From NCBI GenBank assembly GCA_013239625.1, contig MU054187.1, forward strand, positions 10,499,231-10,563,230: DNA of 64,000 bases, written 5' to 3'. The notes under the pieces are model-generated. The model was not told the DNA's origin. It ran no database searches and saw nothing but the letters and a program-made list of their open reading frames with translations. This document shows positions 52,623-64,000 of the stretch, one piece after another; position 1 is the first letter of the stretch, and each line of letters begins with the position of its first letter. The DNA is from Lama guanicoe (Eukaryota). The position numbers and the translations under genes were made by a program.

Positions 52623-53194
52623 TCAGGATGTCTTCCTAGTTAGCTATGCAGACACACAGACTCCCCATAGGCCACACCAGCTCCCAGCCCCGTAAGAAGA
52701 CTATGGGCCTGGAGACCCTATGTTTGCAGGACATCGTTAGAGTTCTGTCCACTATACAGAACGTGTAGTTTTGTTTTATCTGCCCTCTTGGTGTTTCAAA
52801 CCCACTGGTTCTCTGTACCTGGAAAGCCACATTCAAAACAGTTTATCTCTTATATGAAGTCATTATTACTCTATCCAGTTCTGTTGTATAACTATCTTTA
52901 GGATCTGCTCTGTCTCTTTAGTCCAGAATTTGCTTTTATGTGGATAATAGCCTTTAGTTAAAGCTACTCTAAAAATTTCCCTTTGTGCTTACTATAAATC
53001 TCAACAAGTTGAATAGTTATGAAGTATAGTTTAGGTAATCGTGAATGTGTAGACATGGGTTTTCCAAAATACAGTCCAATTTAAATATCTGTGGGCTTAT
53101 GTATGGGGGAAATGTATGTGACATACACCACAAGCATTCCTTTATACTTTGAGACTCCTTTCATAGCTGCTTGATAAATGCATGGTACAGGTAA

Positions 53195-53353
<159 letters not shown>

Positions 53354-53449
53354 TAGTTTATTAATCACTTACTTAACCTGTTTATCCACAAATTGCACGT
53401 ATCTTCATTACATGGATTTAGTTTATAATACATCCCCACATGATAGGGT

Positions 53450-53900
53450 GCTTATGATTTATCCAGGAACATTTTTGAGTGCCTCCTCTGTGTAGAATAG
53501 TGTTTCGGGGAGTGTGGGTTTATGGTGATATATTTGTTAACTTGAAAATGAACAATTCCAGCACAGGCAAGAGTCAGAATTTCAGGTAAGTGATGTGGGA
53601 TGGGGAGGAAGAAATGGTTAGTTATGACTTGAGAGTTTGGGATGCTTCCTGAGGAAAGTGGCATTAGCGCTGGTCTGTGTAGAATGAATGGGAACTCTGA
53701 CGGGGACAAGTGTGGAGGACATTCACTCTGAGAACGTACGAGCACTCAGACATGGGAACAGGGAGGTTCATGGTGGTTTCTTCAGAACTAGCACCGAACC
53801 TCATGTGACAGACAGCATCCTTCACAGGTGGAGGAGAGAGGGTTGTGGTGAGAAAGGCAGGCTGCTGACATATGTCCTGTCACAAAGACAGAAATCTACA
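53450..53900 (-). mobile_element. L2 3' fragment
   Basis: atttatccaggaacatttttgagtgcctcctctgtg; gcttcctgaggaaagtggcatt. Confidence 0.6.
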
Positions 53901-53948
53901 AGGATGAGAGAATTAATTTTTTTGCGGGGAATATTGAGAAGGAAAACT

Positions 53949-54349
53949 GTATTGGTTAACACTAGCTGCTGTAACAAATAAACCTTCCCTATACAGTGGC
54001 TTACATCATCATAGAGGCTATCTTTTCACTCATGTCGAGTCCAGTGCATGGTAGAGAATGGGGTTGTGGTGCTCTGCTCTGTACAGGGTTTTGATGCCTG
54101 ACAGAGGCTCAGCCATTCTTCAATACAAAGCTCCTAAAGATTACCTTGAAGGAGGGGTGGAGTTTTTGGTTTGTTTCAAATGGGTCTGTACACTTCCCAC
54201 TGTGCCTTTCTTGTGTGCACATGTCCACGGACACAACTCAGATAAGGTGTCCACGGCTGCAGGAGACCCATAGACTTATCCCATAGATGCACAGGCAGGA
54301 GAAACAAAGGCTAAACTGATCTGGTAAACAGCTACCCAGTTTCTGCCCC
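53949..54349. mobile_element. Old MLT1-type solo LTR
   Basis: gtattggttaacactagctgctgtaacaaataaacc...cagtggctta...ctggtaaacagctacccagtttctgcc. Confidence 0.65.
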
Positions 54350-56059
54350 TGGGTCGGTGTAAAATCTATGAAATTATATGAAAGACAGAGTAATCACTCT
54401 ATATACTTGTTAATGCTTTACGATGATATTAGCATATAGTAGTCACAAAAATCACTTTTAACATTTCTATTTTCAGTTGAGGTTATTGTGACTTCTGTTG
54501 TTAATTTGGCTGAATTATGAATTATGAACCTTTCTGAATTAGAAATAAGGGGAAAAATGATCTTCAAGCTATCTGTCAACAATTAATGCTGCTGTTTACA
54601 TTGTTTAAAAATTATGGATATGCAAGTTTTTGTACTTTTACTTCTTGGTATTATTTACTGTATTTTAGAAAGAGCTACGCTGCGTTTATCATGATGTTTT
54701 CCTTTTGGACTACAAGGTACCTTGTAACAAATAGCGGTATATCATAGAAACTTTTATTCCCAGAGCTGGAAACCGTCAGGGTGTTGGGGGAAGATGTCCT
54801 TTCAAAGGAGCTATAAGGTTATTTTCAAGTTTCCCTCCCACTCGTGCCTTCCTGTTTCAACAGAGGTGATCGAGGAATTGTATGAAGAATAGTCGTTTCT
54901 TTGCATAGTGAATTGCGTTCTGAAAATTGAAGGCGTAACTATCATGGGTGAAATTGTAGTTACCTTACAATAGCAGAATTGTTATTACTTTGCCTGGTGA
55001 CATGAATAGCTAGTCAGAGGAATTCAAGTCAGCTTTAAGTTTGTACAAAGTAGAATTGGAATCACATTTATTAAATACCTTCACGAATATAGTCGTCTAG
55101 GGTCTGACCTGTTCTTCAGTTCAGGACTGCTGAAAGATCTTGAAGGAATCAGAGAGAGAACAACCCTTATGAATTTTGTCAAAATATATCTCACAATATT
55201 TTTAATTGCCTCCCTCTAAAAAGAAAAGAAATCAACAACATAAGATTTTTTTTTGAACGGTTATCAATAGTGGGAGAATTTCAGTCCTAATCAACTTGTC
55301 TCCCCTACATAAGACACCGCTTTTCTCCAACAATACAATTTGGGGGGAAAAAAAGTAGTAGGTAAATTCTGTATTAAAATTTATTTTGAAATTTCAAATA
55401 CAAGAACCCTTTGACAATTTAACTTATAAGAATTGAAATCTTTTTGAACAAGGATATTTATAACCCGATTAACTCTTTTTCTGAGATATTTTGCACCAAA
55501 TGCTTTCTGTTAATATTATTCTGTTGGTCACAGTTTGATTTTAGGAGCCTCTGCTGTTTGCTTGATTATTAGGATTTAATCAGTCATAATGTCAAATTTG
55601 GCATACAGAACTTTTGTTGCTAGAAATAACTTTTTTTTAAGTGTGCAAAACTAGCTAATACAGATTCTCTCAAACCAAGAGTAAGACAACATGTTATGCA
55701 ACTTCACATTAATAATTTCATGAAAATAAAGAAATATGAGCCAAACGTGCTAGTTTCATTAGTATGTGGCTCCCACTGCACTTTAGTGAAAATAGAATTC
55801 CTAAAATAAAGTTGAATGAACCATCTGTTTTAAGAAGACCCAGCAAAAAAAAAAAAAAAGTTGACTATTATTGCTATGATTCACATTGCAAATATCATTG
55901 AGAACTTTGTCAGAGGCAAAGCCTTGTTATGCTGGGAATTCTTGGGTTGAAGCAACACTTGCTTTCTTGGTGATAATCTGATAATGTTCTACTCTTCTGG
56001 CTCTGTTATTTACATTATAAATGCTTAGGTGGGAATCCAGAGGCCTCATTCATTATATC

Positions 56060-56426
56060 CAGTGGTGTGCTGAAGTGGGCTTGTACACTCTAGAGAACTG
56101 ATGATTAAATTTTAAAAAATTACAAGCCGGTTGTTAAGCACAGATGTTGTTAAAATTAAATTAAATCTATAAATACATAAATTATATTAGAAACAGAGGT
56201 AATGTATCCTTACAACTCATCACTTCCTAATTATTTGACTGCATTTTATTTTATGTATGGTCTTGGTGTTATTTATATCTGTTATTTTTGTATGATGGAA
56301 ATAATCATAATAATGCAACAACTGTTGGGAGTGTTTGATACCATGGAAACTGCCGAGTGCTAGTCAGTGCTGCTTCTCCCTCATCACCCGGAGAGCCAGC
56401 TGTGAGCCACCGACCAGTTACCCCTG
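56060..56426. mobile_element. MER63-like hAT DNA transposon
   Basis: Starts cagtggtgtgctg; internal agccggttgttaagcacag and aactcatcacttcctaattattt; ends gagagccagctg...ccagttacccctg; degenerate 8-bp TSD attatatc/gtagtatc. Confidence 0.8.
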
Positions 56427-56996
56427 GTAGTATCACAGCATCGCGTGGTTGCTTGTAAGATGGCACTCAGCAACCTTTCTCATCAGTTAATAAACCCACT
56501 TCCCATGTTCGAGAAGCTGGAGGAGTAGATTTGGATGCAGAGCTGTTCACTGTTTTTCCAAGTCAACAGCTAAGAGTTGCAGATGAACCCAAGAATTACT
56601 GCCAGAGTCACAAGTGTTTACCTTCCAGCCAAGGGCCCCGTTTGGAACAGGTTGAACCACCACTTGTTTTATGGCAGCAGGAGACATTTGCGCCCACGTT
56701 TCCTTGAATTTTGGAGTATCAAGACAATAATTTATTTCAGTGAATCTTAAGGGACAAAAGAAGGGGATAAGTTGCACAGGAGAAATAAAAAACTGGTCTT
56801 GAAACATACCATTGGATTTTAAAATATTTCTTTCGATTTTAGTTTTCTTTCACACATGCTTTTTTCTTTTTGGCTTAATCTGGAACAAAAAAATCCCAAA
56901 AGGCTATGTTGTCTTGGCAGCAGTCCTGTCTCAGTTTTATGGCTGTAAACCATGCACTTGGTTTGGATAAGTTAGGGTGCAATCGCTGAAGCTTCA

Positions 56997-57052
56997 TGTG
57001 TGCGTGTGTGTGCGTGTGTGTGTGTCTGTGTGTGTGTGTGTATCTGTGTGTG
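56997..57052. repeat. Interrupted (TG)n microsatellite
   Basis: tgtgtgcgtgtgtgtgcgtgtgtgtgtgtctgtgtgtgtgtgtgtatctgtgtgtg. Confidence 0.9.
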
Positions 57053-58028
57053 TTAGTGTGTTACAAGTCTTTCGGTTTTCTTCTGGAGTCACCAAATGTA
57101 GTTCATGAGAATTAATTCTCACAGATTTTACTCCCCCTTCAACATTTTTCACAAAAAGTAAAGGTCAAAGTCTTCTATCTAATCGTGAAAATAGAGCCCA
57201 TTGCAACAAATTACCTCTTCTGCAGGTGTTGCATTCCCTGTAAAGAAAAGATTTAGATGTAAACTCTTTGAGCTTTAGTTTGAGGTTTTTCCTTCCTAGA
57301 ACAGTCATTTTTTTATTAGACTGTCTATGAAATAACTTCCAAAAAAAAGGAAAATTGAAAGTTGGGTAGGAGTCTTTATGACTATGAAAAATCTTATCCT
57401 AAGGGTGGAAGTGAAGGATGACTACTCTCATTTTCCTCTGAGGGAAAAAAAATTAAGAGACATGTAAGAAAAGCATTTAGTAGTGTAGGAAAATGACTAA
57501 AATTTGGAATCAGTGGCATACTGAAATTGTCTAATCTACTCCAGAGATCTGAACATAGGATCAATGGTCAAGATTGGTGTATGTGTGGTCTTGGCCTGAT
57601 CACTGGGGGATAAGACAGATAAATGCTAAAATTCACTTCTAGGGCTGAGAATCAAATTGTTACTCACTACTTGGAGTATTTGCTGTTGGAAGCACACTTT
57701 TTGCTTGACTTTGTGGCATCGTGAAGAAATAGAAAACACAAACTCGTATGTTTATATAAATCTACACATACACATGAACTGCCCATCCGCAAATGTATGT
57801 GATAAGCTGGCTGAATGTCGCTGATCTCAATTAAGTTCTTAAATCATTATATGGAAGTTGTAAATATGTAACAAAATCTTAATCGTGAATCTTACTGTCA
57901 TAGTAGTACATTTGCATTACTATGTTAGAAAAAAAAACTTTTGGTAAAACTAAAAGTTTCAGTATTAGGGAATATGTGTTTTATACATTTGTTTTTAATC
58001 CGCCGCTTTGTAGGTTGTCAGTTTTTAA

Positions 58029-58208
<180 letters not shown>

Positions 58209-58836
58209 TAAACAAGATTAATGGCTGTAGGGAGATTTCAAAAGATTCTTCTGGTATAGAAAAATTTTAAATGACATGCATAAGCAAGCTTCTTGATTCT
58301 AATTTTAGAGCATTGTTTTTATCCTCTTATCTGGTTTTAAATGGAAGTAGCGCAGGTGCATCACTCAGAAGGTAATATCCATCGAAAATTATTTCACAGG
58401 TAGCAACAAGTAGTCATGATACTTGAATAAATTTAATAAAAACACAAATATGTTAAATTCATGTAAGATCTTTTCTTTGTACACTTGCAAAAATTTCTAT
58501 TGACATATAATGATCAAGCACCATGATGGATTTTGCTGCAAACATTTATCTTCTGTTTGTGTTGTATCTTGAAATTTTATATTTTAAGAAAAATAATTTT
58601 AAAAATCCTTTATATATGTGTGATATGTGTACGAAAAATTCATAGCACCATTTAACCCTGTTTTCAATGATTTAAGTCATATTATTTTCATGATGTAATG
58701 TTAACATTTGAATAATTTAGTGTAAGGCAGTGGATGATTTCGGAATGTTGACTATGAATCTGTTTATATCAAAATTTCATTGGTGCGTCCTTTGAGTGAT
58801 CCTACTTGCTTTTGACATGTCTTTATTTTACAATAG

Positions 58837-58886
58837 GGCGTACGATTATATTGCCGCCTTCATAGTCTGTTTACTCCAGTGATAAG
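58837..58886 (+). CDS. PREX2: PREX2 exon 13 (50 nt, phase 0-2), start of DEP2
   Basis: ttacaatag|GGC...ATA AG|gtgagt; GVRLYCRLHSLFTPVI(R). Confidence 0.96.
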
Positions 58887-61374
58887 GTGAGTCTAGTTTC
58901 TAAGTTCTGGCCAATTTAAATGGAAATACTTATATTGCATATTAAATAGTATTAAGCTGGAACTTAGCTTATTTTGTTTTTCTTCCAAAAGTGGAAGTTT
59001 TATTTTTAAGTAACAATTTATCTTCAAACATTGCTGAATTTTCTGAGGCTCTAATTATACAGTTTCTTCTACTCTTTTTATTCTGATTTCTAAAATTATT
59101 TGCCATTAATTCATAGTAAATTACAGACTTGATAATGAAATGAGCCACCTTCAGCCAGTATAATAAAGAATAGGTGACTGGTTGGGAGATAATTTGGAAA
59201 TACTGTTTACTATAAATATTTACCATTTATGATGACTTATTTATTAACTTTTCATTAAACTATGTAATTGAATCTTGGACGTGTATTTTATTTCACAGTG
59301 TTTGCTTTTAATAGTCTTTTATCCAAAGAAAAAATTCTGCACTCGAGAATTAAGAATTAATTTGGAGTTAATAAATGTAATTTTTTCATTTTTTTTCTGT
59401 ACTATATTTTTAATTCTGTAGAGATATGATTTTTTTTAAAAAAGAGAACTCAGGATTAATTTTCAGCTTTGAGTTTTGTGTTATGGTTACTAACACAGGA
59501 TATTTTTTGTACTTTTGTAATATGCACTGATATACTCCAACTGATGTAATGTAATGTTAAAGTAATTTCAGATGGCCAGATATCATTTGGACTTTATCAA
59601 CCAAAGCATTTTTCAGAACAAAAAATGGATGTACTATTTCTGAAGTAAATATAGAGGCTTTTCAGTCCTGGCTATAGAATCCAAATGTTTGATGGACAGT
59701 TTTTCTATTTCTCATTCTGGTTTCCAATTCCAAGGAAATGCAGAGCTAAAACAAAAAAATGATTCCAAAAGTTGCTGTTTAAGTATTGGAAACCCAGTAG
59801 GATCTTACCTATTAACTCCTGAAAGTGCCCTGGCCACAGGGAAATGGAGGTGAAAAAGAACCAATATTTGTTGATTCTCTGCTATATTCCTGGCACGGAC
59901 GACCTTGTAAATATTTGGGACAACTTAATGCTAAAAAGATGATTATTTAAATCAATAGCATGTGGATACTTAAATTTTTTTTCTCCTTACAAAAAATGAT
60001 ACTGGATTTTTTTTCATGTCATCTGTGTGTGTATGCGTGTATATATATATAGGTTTTGTATGTGAGAAAATGGTGTTCTGAAAATATATTTTAGCCACAT
60101 GGGATTTTTTTTTTTATCAAAAAAAGCTCTGAAAGAGCTGATAAGAAGGAATTGTTCTTTGGCTAGAAATGACAATGGTTTATGAGTTGTCTAGGGTAAA
60201 TTTATGGGGAGAAAAAAAACCGTAAAACAGATGGAATGTAAGATAGTCATGCTTTTAATATGAACTCAGCTTATGAAAAGCAAAATCACTTGGATGAAGA
60301 ACCCGCAGACCCACATGTGGTCTGTAAATGACGACCCTGCCCTTGATGCTCATGGAAACAAGATGAACTTGGTCATGAGGAATCAGAAAGAGGGAGATGA
60401 GTTTAAAGAGATTAAAAAAAAATCTGCTGTTGATTACTGGTTAACCTAGTGCATTTATTATTGAAATCTCAGAAATTTCAATCATGTTTCAGGGAGCTTT
60501 TTATGAAAGGGGATGAAATGATGTCAGTGTGAATTGTAAATTACCGAGAGGCTAAAGAACTGTGAATATAGTTAGTAATTATTCGTCACATCAAGTTGTT
60601 TGCAGTTTGGATTTTTTGACATTTTGAAAAGACTGTCGTTTTCTCATTCCCTTTTGATCCAGGCATGCAAAATAAATGAATTATAGATGTCTGCCCTTGG
60701 GGCTTTGTTCTGATCATGAGCACTTTGTTGGCATCTAACTAGACTTTGAAAGATCTCTCAGATCTGGGAAGTCCACAGAAAGGAGAGTCTGATGTGGAGA
60801 CCCAGCTATTCCCTTGGTTCCCTGGGGATGTGGTGTCACCAAGTCCATGCTCTGATCAGACAAAATGAAGGACAGGGTTCTCGGTGTGTTTACCTCTGGA
60901 CACGCCTGAGGTCTCCTGCTACAGCTGAGCCAAACAGTCCTCCAGGGCAAATTCTGCCTTCCTGGAGCATTCAGGAGCAGAAATACAAGGGGTGGCTTTA
61001 TTCACCACCTTTTGGCGAGATTTTTTTGTAGAATCTATCTTGACTTAAAGGGAAGGAATTCTATAAATGAGATATTGTATTTCCAGTTATTACCAGATAA
61101 CAGAGCAGTGATAATTGATTTGGATATAAGAAAATGTGCAAGAAGAAATGTCCCGTTTGTATCTGTGTGGGTTTCTTCTCCTGGTGTGAGCTGACCAAGG
61201 AGTTTTCAGGTGTTCTGTATACTTTGTAAAGCTCTCTTATTTACACATAAGTGGCACAGTTGATTCAAATTACATTAAGAAAGCTTTTCTGTTGCACACT
61301 GATACTAAATGAAATGCTTCCTTGTGCTTCCGTATCCTCTTGCTTAGTATTTTTGGTTTCTTTTTCCTTCATAG

Positions 61375-61450
61375 GGATAAAGATTACCACTTAAGAACCT
61401 ACAAATCTGTCGTCATGGCCAACAAGCTGATAGACTGGTTAATCGCACAG
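61375..61450 (+). CDS. PREX2: PREX2 exon 14 (76 nt, phase 2-0), DEP2
   Basis: ccttcatag|G GAT...CAG|gtaaat; (R)[25 protein letters not shown]. Confidence 0.97.
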
Positions 61451-61514
61451 GTAAATAGACAAACAGAAGTGGCTGAGTTACGGTCATTGCTGCTTTAAAC
61501 TTCGAGGTACTTCT

Positions 61515-61640
61515 CAAAACTCCCCACTTGCCAATGAGACACAGTGAAATAACTTGACCAAGTTCGTATGAAACAGAGTTAGGAGTTGAACCTAGGTAAC
61601 CTGACATCAGAGCCTTCACACTTAATTTTTATTCTATATT
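61515..61640 (-). mobile_element. MIR SINE fragment just after exon 14
   Basis: gtgaaataacttgaccaagttc...cagagttaggagttgaacctaggtaacctgacatcagagcc. Confidence 0.65.
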
Positions 61641-62884
61641 GTCTTTCAAAAGGAAGATGTGTCTTAATTCAAAAATATCAGTTAAGAGCCATCAAAAAAA
61701 TGGCCATTTGAATTTCACTGAAGATTAGCTATGTGCGTGCACTAAAATTCTTTGCCTGTTTAGTTCACTGATTTGTTTTAAAGGATCTGGGTTTTAGTCT
61801 TAGCAAGTTATTCGAATCTCCCTGTGCCTTTTTCTCTGTCAGATCATAATTGTGCTTTGATAATATGAGCTTTAACATCCACCCTCACAAATTTTAAACA
61901 GGGAAGCATGAAATTTGTTATTATTGCGCTGGGTCTCAGAATGCAGGAGCTGACAGCTGGTATTGAGAAAATGTTATTTGTGTATCAGGGCATCTACCTC
62001 ATTGTAACAGACACCCAAATATTAATGTATTTCAATGTTTTACCGTACTGGATCAACTAACAAAAAAGTCAAATATTTTCCAAAGATTAAAGAAAAGGCT
62101 AAGAAAACTGATATCCACTTTGACAGAACTTACTGTTTTGAGGAAGGGGATACTGGTTAAAATGTCATTCCAAATGGATAATTGAGACAATTCACATTTT
62201 TGTTATTGAAGAAAATTGTCTACTTCCTTTGTTACAAGTGGATGATAACATTTGATACTCAGTCATAGAAATGTTTACACTTTTGCTTCAAATATTAATG
62301 TTTAATTCACATTGATTCATCTGTGCCCCTCATTTTTGAGATTTTTATTATTTAATATCAACTTCTATCCTAGATCACCTATTTTTGCATTTTATAGCAC
62401 TTGAATTTACTTTATTTAGAAATTAAGATCTTAGATTAAACCAAACAGTTCCTTTTAGATAAAATCCGAATTCGTATGTCCCACGGGTTTACTGGTGTCC
62501 CAGCCTTTTACAACACTATGGTCTCTGTGTGTCACTGGAATTGGCTCTGTATTTGGTAACACAATTGGAATTTCGCATAGAAATTGTACTGTTACAGAAT
62601 TCACACGAACTTGTACTATTGTTGATTATGTGAGAAAACTGAAGAAAGATTTTTTTTAAAGCAAAAGCTCGTACTGAATAAACATTTAAAGTTCTGACTC
62701 AGAAAGTCAGTTATTAACTTTTTTGTTTTTTCATTTTGGCACATTTACTTTCCAAGTGTGAACATTAGAAGACTAGAATAAGTTAAGAAAAAGTTGCTCA
62801 AAAAACCAGACCAAATTGCAGTTCTTTTTTAATTCAGGCTTTCTTAGTGGTCTGTTGGGAAAATATGTGTAGAAATTGTACGCA

Positions 62885-63070
62885 GTAGAAATTGAAATGG
62901 GCTGGGATTCAGGTAACTTGGTGTCTGATGACAGCTCTGTTGATAATCAGTTATACAAACTTGGATGAATCTATTAATCTCTGTAGGTTTTGTTTTCACA
63001 GCTGTTAACTATTTACTGGAATAGTTGTACTTGTCACCTCTTCTCCATCACTTAAGCTTTATGATTCTGA
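62885..63070 (+). mobile_element. MIR/MIR3 SINE fragment
   Basis: gggctgggattcaggtaacttgg...cagctctgttgataatcagttatacaaacttggatgaatctattaatctct. Confidence 0.5.
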
Positions 63071-64000
63071 TGGTGTAAGACTTACCCACATGCAGGTCTC
63101 AGACATAATTAACTCTTAGTGCTTGGATTCAGATTAGGACAACATGGGCTGGCTTTAAGGAGGAAGACATGATAATAGAATGATGAGTTCAAGTTCTTCC
63201 TCTAATAGAAATAAGAGATTTTTTTTTAAAAAGTGAGGGTCTCTTTCCACCAAGGCTCTCAAGTGATAATAAACCTTAACCTCTAGTGTTGACCAGGACA
63301 CTGAATTGATCCAGACAGCTTAAGAGGACAAATGAACTGGCTCCAATGTGATAGTCTGTACGTTGTTTGGAGAATAGCCTAGATCTGACAGGTTTTCCCT
63401 TGTTCTATCGTCATGTTGTGTAATACCGTTGTTTCTGCTGAATTTCTCACCTGCTGTCATGCTGCTTCTCATTTAATGGTTTATAAAGAAATAACTTCCT
63501 CCATAAAGTTGGCTCCTAGTGTGACAAGTGCATTCGTGTGCTTCTAAAACATCATTTGATTCACAGAAGTTGTAATTTGTTTATGGATCAATCATATTTT
63601 GAAATTAAATAATGCTTTTCTTGTTCACATTCAGAGCAGTTTTTGTTATGTCTTTTTTTTTTTTAATTCTCAGCAGTTCTATAGGGCACAAGGAGAGATT
63701 TTAAAGGGCACACGGATACCAAAACATTTTAGTTGTACTTTTTACACCATTATGTTCAATAAAATATTAGCCTGGCCAATATATCAATTGAATCATTAAC
63801 CTAATGTCAGCGATTATTAAACAAGCTCTTATTGTAAATATAACATTTAAGCAAGTGCTTTGATGATTAAAATAAAACAAACCAACAAAACAGAAAGGAG
63901 ACACGGTTCCTGCCTTCAAAGGACTGTTAGTCAATTGGGCTAATTTTCGTGTATCCTCTAAGATTCTGCTCCAGCATCATCTCCGCCAGTAAACTTTGCT

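Noticed and set aside
61451..64000. PREX2 exon 15
   Set aside because: I found no sequence encoding the expected GDCRTREEA peptide; it presumably lies beyond the window.

Overview
This is AT-rich mammalian genomic DNA covering the 5' half of PREX2, the PIP3-dependent Rac exchanger 2, on the + strand. I read 13 consecutive coding exons (exons 2-14 by comparison with the human protein as I recall it). All have AG/GT boundaries and compatible phases. Together they give 1428 nt or 476 codons, about residues 48-523: most of the DH domain, the PH domain, DEP1 and the start of DEP2. Exon 1 lies upstream and exon 15 downstream of the window. A tRNA-derived SINE resembling camelid Vic-1 suggests a camel, llama or alpaca genome (inference). 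The introns contain the usual eutherian repeat fossils: antisense L1s, L2, L3/CR1, MIR, Charlie1, MER5A, MER63 and MLT1 LTRs. Most ORFs in the supplied track are incidental. I found no new multi-gene system. The best leads are amino-acid changes in the PH domain (Ser next to the PIP3-binding Lys254), repeat-derived cryptic exons and donors that would truncate the protein around DH-PH, a twin-primed inverted L1, and a tail-only retroinsertion with a 17-bp target-site duplication (TSD). Residue numbering and repeat family names come from memory, not from database searches, and repeat boundaries are approximate.
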